A stretch of 37,177 nt of DNA from Elusimicrobiota bacterium (GTDB taxonomy: Bacteria > Ratteibacteria > UBA8468 > B48-G9 > JAFGKM01). Position 1 is the stretch's first letter. Each line of letters starts with the position of its first letter. Shown one piece after another: positions 36,006 to 37,177 of the stretch. Below the pieces are notes generated by a model. It saw nothing but the letters and a program-made list of their open reading frames with translations. It was not told the DNA's origin and made no database searches. The position numbers were made by a program, and so were the translations under genes. Location of the stretch: contig JAAYXZ010000004.1 in assembly GCA_012515635.1 (NCBI GenBank), forward strand, positions 1-37,177, given 5' to 3'.

Positions 36006-36437
36006 CTACGCTTCAATCTGTTGCGGGTCCTGTGCTTGATGCGGGTGTTGGCTCCCTTTATACACCTTCAGTTTTTTAATCATCTGGTTCCCTAACTTTG
36101 TCTTCGGCAACATTCCCCTGACAGCAAGATTAACTACCTTCTCAGGTTTTCTGCCAAGAAGGGAGCGGAGCGATTCTTCCTTTAAACTTCCCAAATACCC
36201 GCTGTGTTTATAGTATTTTTTGTCATCTAATTTCTTACCTGTAACCTTTACCTTGTCAGCATTAATAACTATAACAAAGTCGCCTGTATCAACATTCGGA
36301 GACCATATCGGTTTGTTTTTTCCCATCAGTATCTTTGCAATCTTGGTTGCAAACCGTCCCAACGTCTGGTCTGATGCGTCTATGAGATACCACTTTCTTT
36401 CAATATCCTGCTTTTTTGCTACTAATGTTTTGGTCAT
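36006..36437 (-). CDS. rplM: 50S ribosomal protein L13
   Basis: [31 protein letters not shown]...[32 protein letters not shown] matches the L13 pattern. GGAGGAG SD. Confidence 0.93.
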   Translation of the reverse strand: MTKTLVAKKQDIERKWYLIDASDQTLGRFATKIAKILMGKNKPIWSPNVDTGDFVIVINADKVKVTGKKLDDKKYYKHSGYLGSLKEESLRSLLGRKPEKVVNLAVRGMLPKTKLGNQMIKKLKVYKGSQHPHQAQDPQQIEA

Positions 36438-36468
36438 TTTTCTCCTCCATAAAAATATTTAGTGGTTT

Positions 36469-36498
36469 ATTATACCATTATCCGCTTATTTTTTGCAA
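36469..36498 (-). promoter_or_regulatory. putative promoter of rplM (TTGCAA-18-TATAAT)
   Basis: Minus strand reads TTGCAA aaaataagcggataatgg TATAAT, about 30 nt upstream of the rplM ATG. Confidence 0.5.
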
Positions 36499-36532
36499 TA
36501 TTCCTGTTTGGGACTATTCTGTTAGATTTAGA

Positions 36533-37177
36533 TTACGAAAAAAATATTCTTGCGCTGGAAAGGAAATAAGGGAGATATTGCTTAAGGACCGGACTGGTAA
36601 AATTATCCACAAACGGCTGCCCTGCTTTATTCATCTCCGTCCCGCACACCACAGGCATATCCATCTTTTGAGCGGTTAGCATAAACTCTTCCAATCTCTT
36701 AATCTTATGCGCCCTCTCATCGCTGTCTTTAATATTATAGTTTCTCTCGGGAATAATGGTGACCGCTTTTATTCCTTTACTCTTTAACAGTTCCAGAAAC
36801 TCTTCCGCTTTTTCTTCTCCGGGGCTTGTCCCGTCAAGCCATGTTCCTGTAGGAATACCGCCTGCATTCTCTATCATCTGCGCCACATCATCAAAGAGCG
36901 GAAAGGTCTCCCTCTCGGGAGGCATATACCCCGGACCACCGTATTTTACAAGCGTTTTCCTTAATAATTCCTGAAAATCCATCCTTTTTTTTATTCTTAT
37001 ATCCCTTATCTTCTCTATATTGATTTTCAGGATATCTGCCCAAAATATATCCGTTTTTTCTCCCAATATCTCTTCCGACCGTCTCTGGTATGCCTCTGTG
37101 ATATGTCTCTCTGTCGGGTTCCCTGAAGGAGTTAAAGAAAGCACATCCCTCTCATAGTTCACCTCAACATCTTTCAG
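36533..37177 (-). CDS. hypothetical protein, C-terminal part (open to the right window edge); weak resemblance to PHP/TIM-barrel metal-dependent hydrolases
   Basis: The frame stays open through position 37177, so the GTG in the ORF track is probably internal. The translation looks like a soluble alpha/beta protein (...IKAVTIIPERNYN...MPVVCGTEMN...). I could not recognise a diagnostic motif. Confidence 0.4.
   Translation of the reverse strand: MKDVEVNYERDVLSLTPSGNPTERHITEAYQRRSEEILGEKTDIFWADILKINIEKIRDIRIKKRMDFQELLRKTLVKYGGPGYMPPERETFPLFDDVAQMIENAGGIPTGTWLDGTSPGEEKAEEFLELLKSKGIKAVTIIPERNYNIKDSDERAHKIKRLEEFMLTAQKMDMPVVCGTEMNKAGQPFVDNFTSPVLKQYLPYFLSSARIFFS

Noticed and set aside
1-37177. CRISPR arrays, tandem repeats, IS elements, toxin-antitoxin or restriction-type defence genes.
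   Set aside because: Reading every intergenic spacer (all under 300 nt) showed no repeat-spacer periodicity. No ORF carries transposase, integrase, nuclease-defence or TA-like motifs that I could recognise.

Overview
Dense chromosomal window from a diderm bacterium (waaA, pal, lgt/lspA present). It is moderately AT-rich by eye and uses the standard code, since UGA acts as a stop in argD and gyrA. I cannot assign the lineage from sequence alone. Most genes are housekeeping and sit in long minus-strand arrays with frequent 4-14 nt start/stop overlaps: argF'-argD-argB, amidase-queD, tmRNA+smpB, glyQ-tRNA-Leu, rpmA-acpS-nnrD, pal plus a LysM lipoprotein, tRNA-Glu, waaA, clpB, and gyrB-gyrA-archease-dksA/traR-lspA-lgt-FHA. 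A further array runs rplM, an IPMS/homocitrate-synthase-like gene, leuC/hacA-like, gatA and a large membrane protein. I saw no transposase, integrase, CRISPR array or obvious prophage gene. The stand-out locus is a four-gene minus-strand operon (13990 -> 6867). It encodes a 2-TM microprotein, a TPR lipoprotein, a 1462-aa fusion protein and a 666-aa polytopic OPT-like membrane protein. The fusion joins a PA/M28 (transferrin-receptor/GCPII-like) ectodomain, apparently lacking the metal-binding residues, to a MacB/FtsX-type permease, and no ABC ATPase gene is present. A distant paralog of the 666-aa protein lies at 30027..31952. Secondary observations are: apparently leaderless glyQ and rpmA transcripts from back-to-back promoters; an archease overlapping gyrA with no rtcB; a tmRNA with a non-canonical T-loop; a coiled-coil LysM lipoprotein in the cpoB position after pal; and several normally conserved gene pairs that are split. 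All domain calls come from by-eye motif recognition. No searches were run.
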